The position numbers and the translations under genes were made by a program. DNA of 64,000 nucleotides from Gemmatimonadaceae bacterium. GTDB taxonomy: Bacteria > Gemmatimonadota > Gemmatimonadetes > Gemmatimonadales > Gemmatimonadaceae. The stretch covers positions 1-64,000 of the forward strand of contig JBGAJQ010000002.1 of assembly GCA_044224875.1 (NCBI GenBank), in the 5' to 3' direction. The notes beneath the pieces are model-generated. The model searched no databases and was not told the origin of the DNA. It saw nothing but the letters and a program-made list of their open reading frames with translations. Shown here one piece after another: positions 47,190 to 57,235 of this stretch. Numbering within the stretch: position 1 is the first letter of the stretch; each line of letters begins with the position of its first letter.

Positions 47190-47853
47190 CGACGGTGGCC
47201 CAGGCCACGAGCGCGTCGCACAAGGCGTCGAGTACCTGGGCATTCGTTCGACCTGACGACTTCCGCACGGCAAAGGAGTGATCGCCGTCGTCGAACAGCT
47301 CGAGTGTCGCGCGCGGCGCCAGTCCCCGCACCACACCCTCCAACAGCTCCAACGTCGCGAACTCGTCGCGCGTGCCCTGCAGGAAGAGCATCGGCACGTG
47401 CACACGAGCCAGGTGCTCGGCGCGCGTCACGCCGGGCTTTGCCGGCGGGTGCAACGGGAAGCCAAGGAATGCGAGCCCGCACACCGAGGGCAGGTGCCCA
47501 CGCGATTCCGCCTCGGACGTCATTCGGCCGCCAAATGACTTCCCTCCCGCCACGAGTGGCACCCCGGGAAGCAACGCCGCCGCCTTATCGACCGCCGCGC
47601 GCACCGCCGCGCATGCGACATCGGGCGTGTCCACGCGCCCGCGCTTCCCCTCCATATACGGGAACTGGTAGCGCAGCGTGGCCGCACCGCGTGCCAGCAG
47701 CCGCGACGCAACACTCGCCAGGAACGGATGGCGCATGCCAGCGCCGGCACCATGCGCGAGCACATACGCGAATGTTGGATTCGCTGGGGCGTCCAACAAA
47801 GACGACACGGTCCCGTCACCTACGGTAATCCGATGCTCACTTGTCATGCCCAT
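47173..47853 (-). CDS. Alpha/beta hydrolase family protein
   Basis: LAHGAGA, GGKSFGGR, GFPLHP, QGTRD and GDHSF motifs. Confidence 0.9.
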   Translation of the reverse strand: MGMTSEHRITVGDGTVSSLLDAPANPTFAYVLAHGAGAGMRHPFLASVASRLLARGAATLRYQFPYMEGKRGRVDTPDVACAAVRAAVDKAAALLPGVPLVAGGKSFGGRMTSEAESRGHLPSVCGLAFLGFPLHPPAKPGVTRAEHLARVHVPMLFLQGTRDEFATLELLEGVVRGLAPRATLELFDDGDHSFAVRKSSGRTNAQVLDALCDALVAWATVVTTGR

Positions 47854-47901
47854 GGTCGAGCCTCAATTCCATTCATCACGCGTTGCCACGAGATTGCAGC
47901 C

Positions 47902-48855
47902 ATGCGCCCCACTCTCGGAAGTGCCGTCGTCCTGTCACTTCACGCGGCGTTGCTCGCGTGTTCACCACCTGAAGCCAAAGACCCCAAAGCACCGCTCCTG
48001 GTTTTCACGGCGGGTAGCCTCACTCGGCCCATGAAGGCGGCGCTCGACTCGTTTTCGACCGCAACCGGCTCCACCTACCAGTTGGAAGCGGCGGGCAGCC
48101 TGGAAACCGCCCGAAAAGTCACCGAGCTGGGCAAGCTTCCAGACATCCTTGCCCTAGCGGATGTGGAGGTCTTTCCGCAGTTGCTGATGCCCAAGCACGT
48201 GACTTGGTTCGCGACCTTTGCTACCAATCGACTCGTCTTGGCAAAAAGCCCAAAGGCTCGCTTCGGTGGAGAGATCACTTCGACAAACTGGTGGACTGTC
48301 CTCCAAAGACCCGGCGTCGAGGTCGGTCGCGCAGATCCGAATGTCGACCCAGCCGGCTATCGCACTCTATTTGTCTTCCAACTTGCCGAGCGAGATGTTG
48401 GCCAAGCTGGTCTCGCTAAGGCACTCGAGGCCGCGAGCCCGCGCCGAAACATGAGGCCAAAGTCCGCTGAGCTCACCGCGATGGTGCAGGCGGGTGAGCT
48501 CGACTACGCCTGGGAGTACGAGTCCGTCGCCCGCGCGGCGCAGCTCGAGTTTGTCACGCTCTCTCCCCGCGTCGACCTTGGTTCACCCGCCGACAGCGCG
48601 ACCTACGCCACTGCGTCCGCTCGCGTTCCCGGTGCGAGCATTGGCGATACGGTCACCATTCATGGAGCCCCGGTCCGCTACGGGATTTCCATTCCGGTCG
48701 GTGCGAAGAATGCGCAGTTGGCAGAACGCTTCGTGGCCTTTTTGGCGACTTCCGCGGGCAAGGAAATCCTTCGACGAGAGTACCTTCCCGCGCTGGACAC
48801 CCTCGCGTGGACGGGTGCGAATATCCCGACGACCCTTCTCGCACCCGCACGTTAA
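47902..48855 (+). CDS. Molybdate/tungstate-binding lipoprotein (WtpA-like)
   Basis: LLAC lipobox; FTAGSL, EAAGS, DPNVDPAGYRT, RPKS and DYAWEYESVA motifs. Confidence 0.8.
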   Translation: MRPTLGSAVVLSLHAALLACSPPEAKDPKAPLLVFTAGSLTRPMKAALDSFSTATGSTYQLEAAGSLETARKVTELGKLPDILALADVEVFPQLLMPKHVTWFATFATNRLVLAKSPKARFGGEITSTNWWTVLQRPGVEVGRADPNVDPAGYRTLFVFQLAERDVGQAGLAKALEAASPRRNMRPKSAELTAMVQAGELDYAWEYESVARAAQLEFVTLSPRVDLGSPADSATYATASARVPGASIGDTVTIHGAPVRYGISIPVGAKNAQLAERFVAFLATSAGKEILRREYLPALDTLAWTGANIPTTLLAPAR

Positions 48856-48911
48856 CGTGCTATGATGAGGAACGTCTAAGACGAGTCTCCCAATCGAGAG
48901 ATCGTGAGCCG

Positions 48912-49400
48912 ATGCCCAGAGTCCCGTTTACAGACCTGCCCGACGACGCTCGCGTGTGGGTATTTGGCGCGTCGGACCCAATAGCGGACGACAGCGCGCG
49001 CGCACTCCTCGATGCTGTTGACAGCTACCTGGAAGGTTGGGAAGCGCACGGCAATCCCTTGCGATGCGCACGCGACTGGCGTGACCGACGCTTCCTTGCG
49101 ATCGGAGTTGACGAACGGTCGGCAGGAGCCAGCGGGTGCTCGGTGGATGCGCTCTTTCGCGTTCTCCAACAACTCCAGTCTTCTGTTGGTGCCACCATCA
49201 TCGGGGGCGGTCGCATCTACTATCAGGACGAGCACGGTGACATCCAGTGCACGTCGCGACCGGAGTTTGCTCGCTTGCTAGCCGCCGGAATCGTCGAAGA
49301 CACGAGCTTGGTGTACGACACGTCCGTGTCGACTGGCGCCGACTATCGGCAGCGTTTTGCGCGCCCGTTGGCCGAGTCGTGGCATCGCCACCTCGCCTGA
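48912..49400 (+). CDS. Conserved hypothetical protein
   Basis: F..LPDDARVWVF...W.AHG.PL...ASGCSVD...SWH pattern of a widespread uncharacterised family. Confidence 0.8.
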   Translation: MPRVPFTDLPDDARVWVFGASDPIADDSARALLDAVDSYLEGWEAHGNPLRCARDWRDRRFLAIGVDERSAGASGCSVDALFRVLQQLQSSVGATIIGGGRIYYQDEHGDIQCTSRPEFARLLAAGIVEDTSLVYDTSVSTGADYRQRFARPLAESWHRHLA

Positions 49401-49422
49401 CGTAAGACCGCGCTACCTCGCC

Positions 49423-50466
49423 TCAGTCTTCCAGCCAACGATCGATATGCTCGGCGACGAACGCGTCGTCGGTGAGCTGTGGGTAGGTGCGGATCACGCG
49501 CTCGATTTCGGCCTGTTGCCCCTCCGACAATCGTTCGGATGGGTTCAGGCACCAGTTGCCCTTGAGAAGACCCCCACGTCGCAGCACTTCGTGGATACCG
49601 GGAATGCACCCGGAGAAGCCATGCGCCACGTCGAAGATCGCTCCGTTGGCATCGGTGAGGGCAGCGCCGGTACTGAGCAACTCGGCCACACCCTCGCCAC
49701 GCTCGCGTACCACTTTTACCCGCGCGAGCATTTCCACTGCCGTATGCGTCCAAACGGCCCACTGGCCCAACAAGCCACCGACGATCCCGCACGTCACGCG
49801 CTGACCGCCCACAATGCAAGGCACTTTGGTCAGCAAGTCGGCGATGATTGCGTCATCGTTCCCGGTGTACAGGGCGACGTCGTCACGACCCGACTCGGCG
49901 ATGGCACGCACCACGTCGATGGTGGCGTAGCGGTTGAACGGGGCGATCTTGATCGCCACCAACGCCGGGAGTTCCGCCAGTTCACGCCAGAACCGCCAGC
50001 CTAACGGGCGCCCGCCCACCGCTGGTTGGAGGTAGAAACCGATCAGCGGCAGCACGTCCGCCACTGCCCGGCAGTGTCGGATCAACTGGGCGTCCGTCAG
50101 GTCAGACAACCCGCCCAACGATAGCAGGACGGCGTGGTACCCCAAGGCGGCCGCCGTCTCTTCCTCGGCGACGGCTTGGGACGTCGGGCCGCACGCCCCA
50201 GCGATTAGCGCGAACGGAGTCGCGACTTCAGGACGCCATGTCTGTGCCGTTGTCGCCGCCAGTTCCAACACCGGGCGGTACAGGCCATGCTCGCGGATGG
50301 CGAATTGCGTGGTGTGGACTCCAACGGCGATCCCCCCAGCGCCTGCGTCCAGGTAGTAGCGGCTCAGAGCCCGCTGGTGTCGCTCATCCAGCGTGCGCCG
50401 AGGCGTCAAGGCCAACGGATGCGCGGGAACGACCTGTCCCGCCAGCAAGTGGCGGCGAACGTTCAC
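49423..50466 (-). CDS. Dihydrodipicolinate synthase-like (class I aldolase) family protein
   Basis: PAHPLAL, GVHTTQF, FYLQPAVGG, AIKIAPF and YTGNDD motifs; start set at GTG 50466 behind GGGAG. Confidence 0.88.
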   Translation of the reverse strand: MNVRRHLLAGQVVPAHPLALTPRRTLDERHQRALSRYYLDAGAGGIAVGVHTTQFAIREHGLYRPVLELAATTAQTWRPEVATPFALIAGACGPTSQAVAEEETAAALGYHAVLLSLGGLSDLTDAQLIRHCRAVADVLPLIGFYLQPAVGGRPLGWRFWRELAELPALVAIKIAPFNRYATIDVVRAIAESGRDDVALYTGNDDAIIADLLTKVPCIVGGQRVTCGIVGGLLGQWAVWTHTAVEMLARVKVVRERGEGVAELLSTGAALTDANGAIFDVAHGFSGCIPGIHEVLRRGGLLKGNWCLNPSERLSEGQQAEIERVIRTYPQLTDDAFVAEHIDRWLED

Positions 50467-50517
50467 CGCAACTCCCACCGCCAACGAGCGCGTAGTCTGC
50501 GCTTTGATGATCGCACG

Positions 50518-51573
50518 CTAGAAGTTCCCCCGCCGTTCCTGAAAGTTCGTCGCCTTCCCGAGCAACGGACGCTCGTGCCTGATCCACTCCGCCACCCACA
50601 CCAGTAGCGTCTCCGCCGAAACGGTGGGCGGACCAAACAGCGAACGGCTGCGCGACGTGTTGCTGAGCAGCGCGTCGCTGGCCTCGTGACCCACGAGATG
50701 CACCTGACGATCGAGCAACCGTCCCAGCTCCAGCGCCACCGTGCGGATGGACAATTGTTCCGGACCCGTCACATTCACGACGAATGGAGGGCTGGCCGCC
50801 AGTGGGAGGCACTGTAGCACCTGTGCGCATGCGTCGCCTTGCCAGATCACGTTGGCATACCCCATCTCGACGTCGATCGGCTCGCCACGCCATGCCTTGG
50901 ACGCCACGTCCACCAGCACGCCATATCGCAAGTCGACGGCGTCGTTCAGTCGCACCAACGACACCAACGTTCCGCGAGCCGTCGACGCATGCTCGAATAT
51001 TCGTTCACGGCCAACGCACGTCTCGGCGTATTCGCCAACCGGACCGACAGGGTCGCTCTCTCGCGATCCTGCACTGTCGACGGGTACGAGCGGGTACACG
51101 TTGCCCGTAGAGAGCGCGACGATCCGCGAGCGCGGGAAGCGCTCGGCGACGAGTTGGGGAAGGATGACGTTGGTCATCCACGTTTGGGCCGGCGCGTCCC
51201 GTGTTCCGAACTTCTGGCCCGCCAGGTAAATCACGTTTGGAGCTTCCGGCAGCTTCCATAGCTGGTCGCGGTCCGACAGGTCGGCGGCGATGACGTCCGC
51301 GCCCGTAGCACGGATCCCCTCCACGGTTGCCGTAGAAGCGAAACGAGACACGGCCGTGATCCGTCGTGCGTCGCCTGTCTCGTCGGCTGCGCGCCGGGCC
51401 ATGCGCACGCAGGTCGCCCCCATCTTGCCGCCGGCGCCTAACACCAACACGTCGCCCGGGCAACGCTCAAGGGCTTCAACTACTCCTGCCGTTGGGCGCG
51501 AGAGGAGCTCCTCCAGCTCCTCCACCGAGTGCGGTGCGCTCTGATCGGCTCGTGCGGTCGAGTGGATGGTCAT
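50518..51573 (-). CDS. NAD-dependent epimerase/dehydratase family protein
   Basis: LGAGGKMG, GQKFGT, STGNVY, GEYA..C.GRE and NVIWQGDA motifs. Confidence 0.88.
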   Translation of the reverse strand: MTIHSTARADQSAPHSVEELEELLSRPTAGVVEALERCPGDVLVLGAGGKMGATCVRMARRAADETGDARRITAVSRFASTATVEGIRATGADVIAADLSDRDQLWKLPEAPNVIYLAGQKFGTRDAPAQTWMTNVILPQLVAERFPRSRIVALSTGNVYPLVPVDSAGSRESDPVGPVGEYAETCVGRERIFEHASTARGTLVSLVRLNDAVDLRYGVLVDVASKAWRGEPIDVEMGYANVIWQGDACAQVLQCLPLAASPPFVVNVTGPEQLSIRTVALELGRLLDRQVHLVGHEASDALLSNTSRSRSLFGPPTVSAETLLVWVAEWIRHERPLLGKATNFQERRGNF

Positions 51574-51800
51574 GCCGTTGATGTCGGACGGACGAGTGCG
51601 CCGTCAAAACTGCACGTCTTATGCGTCGCGTCGCAAAACGGCTTACGAGCCGAGTGGCCGCAGCGACACAGGGCGATCGGCTTACCAGGCTCCGGAACGT
51701 ACTCGTTGCCGGATCGGTCGACGATGCGCACGAGCGGCGCGTCTTCGACGGAAATCACGTAGGGGCCTCTTTCCTTTACGGTGATCGTAATGGCCGTCAT
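51570..51800 (-). CDS. CDGSH iron-sulfur domain protein
   Basis: GPY...ALCRCGHS..KPFCDATH motif; ATGA overlap with the epimerase. Confidence 0.9.
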   Translation of the reverse strand: MTAITITVKERGPYVISVEDAPLVRIVDRSGNEYVPEPGKPIALCRCGHSARKPFCDATHKTCSFDGALVRPTSTA

Positions 51801-51952
51801 GTGAACGCCCGAATGAGTGTTGAGGACTTCGAGACAAGCTAGCAGGTCGTCTTTTGCCACCCGGCACCTACGGGCCGCACGTCCGCATCCAATCCGGGAC
51901 TCGGCAGGCCCGCCAGCCCCGTCAGGGCGCAGTGAATAGTCGAAATGCTGAT

Positions 51953-51981
51953 GAATTATTGCTGAATTTCCCCAGTAATTC
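51953..51981. promoter_or_regulatory. AT-rich imperfect inverted repeat (candidate operator)
   Basis: GAATTATTG-N11-CAGTAATTC between the divergent CDGSH and TonB receptor genes. Confidence 0.4.
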
Positions 51982-52090
51982 GCTCTTTCCGACTTCTTGG
52001 CGACGTGCTAGCGTACGCTTTCCGAAACTCCGTGACTGTCGGAACCTCGGCGAACGCCGCACGGATTCATCCCCCCGTTCGGACTGCAAT

Positions 52091-54229
52091 ATGACCACGA
52101 AAGTCCACGTTCTCGCGTTTGCGGGAATCTGCTGCGCGTTTGACGGCGTAAGCGCGCAGGAGAAGAAAGACACGGCAGCCGTCGTGCTCGACGCGATGAC
52201 CATTCGTGGTGCGGAAGCGACGATCTCAACACTTCGTGTTCCGCTTGCGGTCACCGTCCTTGGGCCAGAACAACTGAAGTTCTCTCGCGGGTATGGGTTG
52301 GACGAAGCCCTGTCGCGCGTGCCCGGCGTGCTGGCGCAGTCACGGTACGGAAATCAGGACGTCCGCATAACGATCCGAGGCTTCGGAGCGCGTGGCGCTG
52401 GCGATCGATCGAATGCCGGCACCTCACGCGGGATCCGCGTGCTCATCGACGGGATCCCGGAGACTGAGCCCGACGGTCGCACCTCGTTCGACGGCGTTGA
52501 TCTCTCCACGGCCCAACGAATCGACGTCATTCGATCGAATGCGTCTTCGTTGTGGGGGAACGCTGCCGGCGGCCTCGTGAACATCTCCACGCTTCCGCAG
52601 TTCGAAGAGGGCACCTTCGATGCCGGCGTCGAATCCGGCAGCTACGACTTGCGTCGGTGGACACTCCGCGGCGCCAGGAAGCTGGGGACGGCCAAGGTGT
52701 TCGGTGCGGTCAACCAGACGAGCTTCGGAGGTTGGCGCGAGTCGTCATCCAGTCGTCGCTCGCTGCTCAACGCGGGGCTATTTACCGGTGTCGGCGCTGC
52801 CACGCAGGTCGGCGTTTATGCCTATGGCACCAATAACCTGTTCCATATCCCGGGCCCCTTGTCGCGCGCTCAGGCCGATACGGCGCCAGACATGGCCAAC
52901 CCGACGTACCTGTCTCGCCGCGAACGACGCTTCAATCGGCTTGGCCGACTGGGCGTGACCGTGGCGCACCAGGTCGCCGAGGGCCAGAAGGTGTCGGGCA
53001 TGGCATTTGTGAACCCGAAGTACCTGCAGCGATCCGAACGCGGGACGTTCCGCGACTTCACGCGCTACCACACCGGCGGAAACCTTCAGTACACCGCCGC
53101 TGGTCAAGTGAATTCGCGTGTGCGAAGTGTCTTCTCGATTGGGGCCGACGAGGCGTACCAGGATGGTGCGATCCTGTTCTATGGCCTGTCCGCCAGCAAC
53201 AACCGCGGGAGTGACCTGCGCGACAACAAGCGAGAGGGAGCGAACAACGTCGGCGTCTTTGTACAGGAGCAGCTGGACCTGGGGACGCTCACGACACTCA
53301 CCCTTGGCGCGCGCTACGACAACATTCACTACATCTTCCGGTCCTTCATTACCCCAAAGCTCAACGACCAGAAGAACTTCTCCCGCGTCACGCCAAAGAT
53401 CGGGTTGGTCTATCGAGCGACTCCGTCGCATAGTGTGTACGCGAACATCGGCGGAGGTGTGGAAGCACCCGCTGGCAACGAGACTGACCCTGCGGGAACG
53501 TTCGGTCAGGATACGATCTCTGGCATCAATCCACTCCTGGAGCCGATCAGGTCCACCACCTATGAAGTCGGCACGAAGTATGTGTCTGGGAGTCTTGGCT
53601 GGATCACATCGTTCTCGTACGACCTGGCGGCCTACCAGACCGATGTGACGAACGAGATCGTTCCATATCGCGGCGGTCGATTCTACTTCACGGCCGCCAA
53701 GGCTCGACGCCGCGGACTGGAAGCGGCTGTTGGTGCCGTGGGCGCACACGGCATTGCGATGGATGCCGCCCTTACCGTCAGCGACAACAAGTACCAGAAC
53801 TACCACGTCGACTCGGTTCACTACTCTTCGGCACTCGCCGGTCACTTGGCCGACTACTCCGGCAACAACGTGGTGGGCGTTCCCAGCCTGTATGGCAGCG
53901 CGAACCTCCGCGTCGCACCACCCGCGCTGCGTGGCGCCGGTTTCCGAGTTGGTGTGTTAGGCATCGGGAAGTACTACGCGGACGACGCCAATCGGGTCGC
54001 CGTGCCCGGGTATGCGATCGTCAACCTCGCGCTGACCTATGGTCCGGCGGTCCGGATTGACCGATCAGTGGGTGCCCGAGTGCTCATCGGCGTCAACAAT
54101 ATCTTTGACCGCGCCTATATCGGCTCGGCGTTCCTCAACCCCGACGTCGTGGGTGGCGTGCCACTCGCGTTCGAGCCGGGCCTGCCGCGCAACGTGGTGG
54201 TCTCCGTTTCACTGGAGCGCCTGCGCTAG
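52091..54229 (+). CDS. TonB-dependent receptor
   Basis: Plug motifs (LSRVPGV, IRGFGAR, LIDGIP, IDVIR...WGNAAGGLVNI) and barrel end NNIFDRAY...PRN. Confidence 0.92.
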   Translation: MTTKVHVLAFAGICCAFDGVSAQEKKDTAAVVLDAMTIRGAEATISTLRVPLAVTVLGPEQLKFSRGYGLDEALSRVPGVLAQSRYGNQDVRITIRGFGARGAGDRSNAGTSRGIRVLIDGIPETEPDGRTSFDGVDLSTAQRIDVIRSNASSLWGNAAGGLVNISTLPQFEEGTFDAGVESGSYDLRRWTLRGARKLGTAKVFGAVNQTSFGGWRESSSSRRSLLNAGLFTGVGAATQVGVYAYGTNNLFHIPGPLSRAQADTAPDMANPTYLSRRERRFNRLGRLGVTVAHQVAEGQKVSGMAFVNPKYLQRSERGTFRDFTRYHTGGNLQYTAAGQVNSRVRSVFSIGADEAYQDGAILFYGLSASNNRGSDLRDNKREGANNVGVFVQEQLDLGTLTTLTLGARYDNIHYIFRSFITPKLNDQKNFSRVTPKIGLVYRATPSHSVYANIGGGVEAPAGNETDPAGTFGQDTISGINPLLEPIRSTTYEVGTKYVSGSLGWITSFSYDLAAYQTDVTNEIVPYRGGRFYFTAAKARRRGLEAAVGAVGAHGIAMDAALTVSDNKYQNYHVDSVHYSSALAGHLADYSGNNVVGVPSLYGSANLRVAPPALRGAGFRVGVLGIGKYYADDANRVAVPGYAIVNLALTYGPAVRIDRSVGARVLIGVNNIFDRAYIGSAFLNPDVVGGVPLAFEPGLPRNVVVSVSLERLR

Positions 54230-54660
54230 GCGCGCAGGTAATCCGGACGCCACCCTCGAACCGCCTTCTTGATGTCCGTGTGGGTCGGGAATTCGCCCGA
54301 GGCGGCCCGGCGCACCAGATCCGGCAACTCGGCGTCCGACGCGAATCGCAGCGCCACCATCTGGCGCGGTGACAAATCCGAAATCGCTCCGTGCAAGTCC
54401 GCCGGCAGCACACGTTGCATCCGGAGCGTCTCTTCCAGCCGGATCACGCGGTCCTGCACGCGCAACGCCATCACACGCGCACTCAGGATTCCGGCGACAA
54501 TCGCCCATGCGACGAGCGCGGACCAAAGCTGACCGGTGCCTGGCGAGCGGATCAGATAGTAGGTCTGCATGGCGGCGTGCGCGGCCACGATGGGGAACGC
54601 GAAGAAGTGGAACAGCGGGAAGTAGCGCGTGTGGTTCGCGAAGGTCTGCGAGTCGGCCAT
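54226..54660 (-). CDS. Conserved membrane protein (DUF6526-like)
   Basis: QTFANH.R..P.FH, QDRVIRLEE.LR, ALRFASD.EL and IK.AV..WRPD..R pattern. Confidence 0.8.
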   Translation of the reverse strand: MADSQTFANHTRYFPLFHFFAFPIVAAHAAMQTYYLIRSPGTGQLWSALVAWAIVAGILSARVMALRVQDRVIRLEETLRMQRVLPADLHGAISDLSPRQMVALRFASDAELPDLVRRAASGEFPTHTDIKKAVRGWRPDYLRA

Positions 54661-54736
54661 GACGGTGTCTCGAGAGAGTTAGGATCGCTTCAAGGACGGC
54701 GTCCCGACCGTCGGCCGGGCGTTACAGAGATATTGT

Positions 54737-55183
54737 TCACGAATTGCGGCTGGCGATAGCGGCGCGGGCGAAATGCTTGAGCCGCGCCACAATCGCCTCC
54801 AGCCCAACCTCCCGAGTACCCAATCCAATACTCTGCATCACCATCCGAACGAAGTCGGAAGGAATGCCGATGGTGACTTCGGGGGGCTGCCCATTCACGG
54901 CCGAAAAGACCAGGGCGAGGAATGCCGCAACGGTGGGCGACTGTCGCGCATCAATCTGCGCGTGGAACTGCATGCGACCATCCAGAACCTCGGCGAAGAG
55001 ACGGAGCGGCGTCTGGCACTCCGGAACCTCAGACTCCGCGCCCGCTTGAGCGAGTAAGCGCTCTGGTGCCGCCGGAAGCTTGCGCGCCAGCCCCACCAAG
55101 GCCTGCATCTTCTCCTCGCGGCCCAACGAGGAGAACCGAGTAAGCACCTTTTCGATTGTCGGTGGAAGGTCATCCGATGACAT
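54737..55183 (-). CDS. SufE family protein
   Basis: VPECQTP catalytic Cys motif and SPTV...L pattern. Confidence 0.8.
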   Translation of the reverse strand: MSSDDLPPTIEKVLTRFSSLGREEKMQALVGLARKLPAAPERLLAQAGAESEVPECQTPLRLFAEVLDGRMQFHAQIDARQSPTVAAFLALVFSAVNGQPPEVTIGIPSDFVRMVMQSIGLGTREVGLEAIVARLKHFARAAIASRNS

Positions 55184-55446
55184 CAGTTACTCGCCTAAGG
55201 AACGTTCTCGTGACGCTAATAGGGGATGCGTGCAATTGCCGCCCCGGTTCGCGTATCCATTGGCCACGTTGCCCCTGTCCTCGACTCCCACGACGCCTCG
55301 TCAGTTCACCCCTGGACCCCACTTCGGCAACGCATTCTCGTTGTCACCCCAGCCATGGACCACCGTCAACGAGGCACCGCGTCTACAGCTAAGCCCTGAG
55401 CCCTAGATTGGCAAAACCGGGCGCCGACCGTCCGCTGCATCTGGCA

Positions 55447-55468
55447 ATTAATTAATCGCTTAATTAAT
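55447..55468. promoter_or_regulatory. Perfect inverted repeat ATTAATTAA-TCGC-TTAATTAAT, probable TetR operator
   Basis: Almost pure AT palindrome in a GC-rich context, 7 nt before the tetR ATG. Confidence 0.75.
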
Positions 55469-55475
55469 ATCCAGC

Positions 55476-56240
55476 ATGCCGTCCCGCCGACTCGACACGC
55501 CACGGAAACGCCGCGGACGCCCTCGCCACTCCGCGGCGCGGTCGCCGGACGACAAGGCGCTGACCGACCTCGACGCCAAGCGGCGCATCCTGGACGCCGC
55601 GGAGCAGCTCTTCGCCGACCGCGGCTTCACCGCCACCACCATCAAGCACATCGCCGATCGCGCGTCGGTGAACAGTGCCCTCCTGTATTACTACTTCGGC
55701 AGCAAGGAGCGCCTTTACACCTCGTGCGTGGAGCGCTTCGTGATGCAGCTGGCGGATACCGTCGACCAGCAGGTCGAACCGTCAGCATCCAGCGACGACG
55801 TGATTCGCGCCATTGTCGGCGCGCAAGCCTCGATGATCGTGCGCAAGCCTTACTTGCCCAAGCTCCTGGTGCGTGAGATGGTCGATGCCGAAGCCGCGCA
55901 CGTCGTGGGTGCACTCAACGAACTCTCGCATCGCATGTTCCGCCGTCTGCGCTCGGCGATTGAACAAGGGCAGGCCGACGGTCGGTATCGCGGCGACCTG
56001 AATCCCACGTTCGCCGCCGTCTCCACCATCTCCCAGGTGGCGTACCTTGCCATGGCGCGCCCGCTCGTGGGCATCGTCCTCGGTCGCGGCTCCGGGGGCA
56101 TAGGCGATGACGAGCTCACCGCCTTTGCGCGACACGCCAGCGACTTTGCCATCGCCGCCCTGCGTGCCACGCCAAATACCAGGAAGCCTAGTCGACCCGA
56201 CCGACGACAACGCCCGAACCCGCACTCATCGTCCGCATGA
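55476..56240 (+). CDS. TetR/AcrR family transcriptional regulator
   Basis: RILDAAEQLFADRGF..TT...IA..A.VN...LYYYFGSKE.L helix-turn-helix. Confidence 0.93.
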   Translation: MPSRRLDTPRKRRGRPRHSAARSPDDKALTDLDAKRRILDAAEQLFADRGFTATTIKHIADRASVNSALLYYYFGSKERLYTSCVERFVMQLADTVDQQVEPSASSDDVIRAIVGAQASMIVRKPYLPKLLVREMVDAEAAHVVGALNELSHRMFRRLRSAIEQGQADGRYRGDLNPTFAAVSTISQVAYLAMARPLVGIVLGRGSGGIGDDELTAFARHASDFAIAALRATPNTRKPSRPDRRQRPNPHSSSA

Positions 56241-57235
56241 GCCCGACCAGAAATCCAAACACTCGTCACGTGCTCGTCGTCACCCTGCTTCTGGCCGGGA
56301 TCTCCTGCGCCCGCGGACCAGCCGAGGTTCAAGCTGTCGGCACCGTGGAAATGACGGAAACCGACATTGCCGCCACCGTCCCCGCTCGCATCGTACGCGT
56401 CTTCCGCGACGAAGGGGACACGGTGCATCGCGGCGACACGCTGGTGACCCTCTCCCAGGCGACGTTAGGCGCTGATCTCGACCAACGGCGCGCGCGTGTG
56501 GCCGCTGCCGAAGCCGACCTCCGCGACCTCGAAGCCGGCGCGCGGCCGGCCGAGCGCGAACGGGCGCAAGCTGAGCTACGTAGCGCCGAGGCCGATGCCG
56601 ACCGCGCGCGCCGCGATGTCGAACGATTGCGGGCCCTCGCCGCTGCGGGCCACATCAGTCAGTCGCAGCTGGACAACGCCGAAGCCGTCGCCAAGGTAGC
56701 GACCGGCCGCCGCGATGCCGTCGCGGATGCGCTGCGGCTCGTCGACGAAGGCGCTCGCCCCGATCGCATTCGAGCCGCTCGGGCGGGACTCGCCAATGCG
56801 CGCGCCCAACTGGCCATGGCAGAGGCGACCGCCGCTGACCTCGTCCTCACCTCGCCCGTCGATGGCATCGTCCTCGGCCGGTACGCGGAACCGGGTGAGG
56901 TACTGCCCGCCGCCATCCCGGCTTTGTCGTTAGGCCAGCCGAAAACGCTTTGGGTGCGCGTGTACGTGGCGGCCCCGCAGCTCGCCGCCCTCCGCCTAGG
57001 GCAGGAGGCTAACGTCCGCGTCTCCGGCGCCGACGGTCAAACCGTTCGCGGCCGGATTTCGGCTATCGCTACGAGCGCGGAATTCACGCCGCGCGTTGCC
57101 CTCACGGAAAAGGAACGCGCCGACCTGCTCTTCGGGGTAAAAGTGGAGCTGACGGACACCGCAGCGGTGGTGAAGCCGGGCCTTCCGGTCACTGTCAGCT
57201 TCACCACGACAGCTACCGGTGGCCGGGGTGAGTAG
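56237..57235 (+). CDS. HlyD family efflux membrane-fusion protein (YbhG-like)
   Basis: GTVE, EGDTV..GD.L, coiled coil, SPVDG, AEFTP and KPGLP motifs. Confidence 0.9.
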   Translation: MSPTRNPNTRHVLVVTLLLAGISCARGPAEVQAVGTVEMTETDIAATVPARIVRVFRDEGDTVHRGDTLVTLSQATLGADLDQRRARVAAAEADLRDLEAGARPAERERAQAELRSAEADADRARRDVERLRALAAAGHISQSQLDNAEAVAKVATGRRDAVADALRLVDEGARPDRIRAARAGLANARAQLAMAEATAADLVLTSPVDGIVLGRYAEPGEVLPAAIPALSLGQPKTLWVRVYVAAPQLAALRLGQEANVRVSGADGQTVRGRISAIATSAEFTPRVALTEKERADLLFGVKVELTDTAAVVKPGLPVTVSFTTTATGGRGE

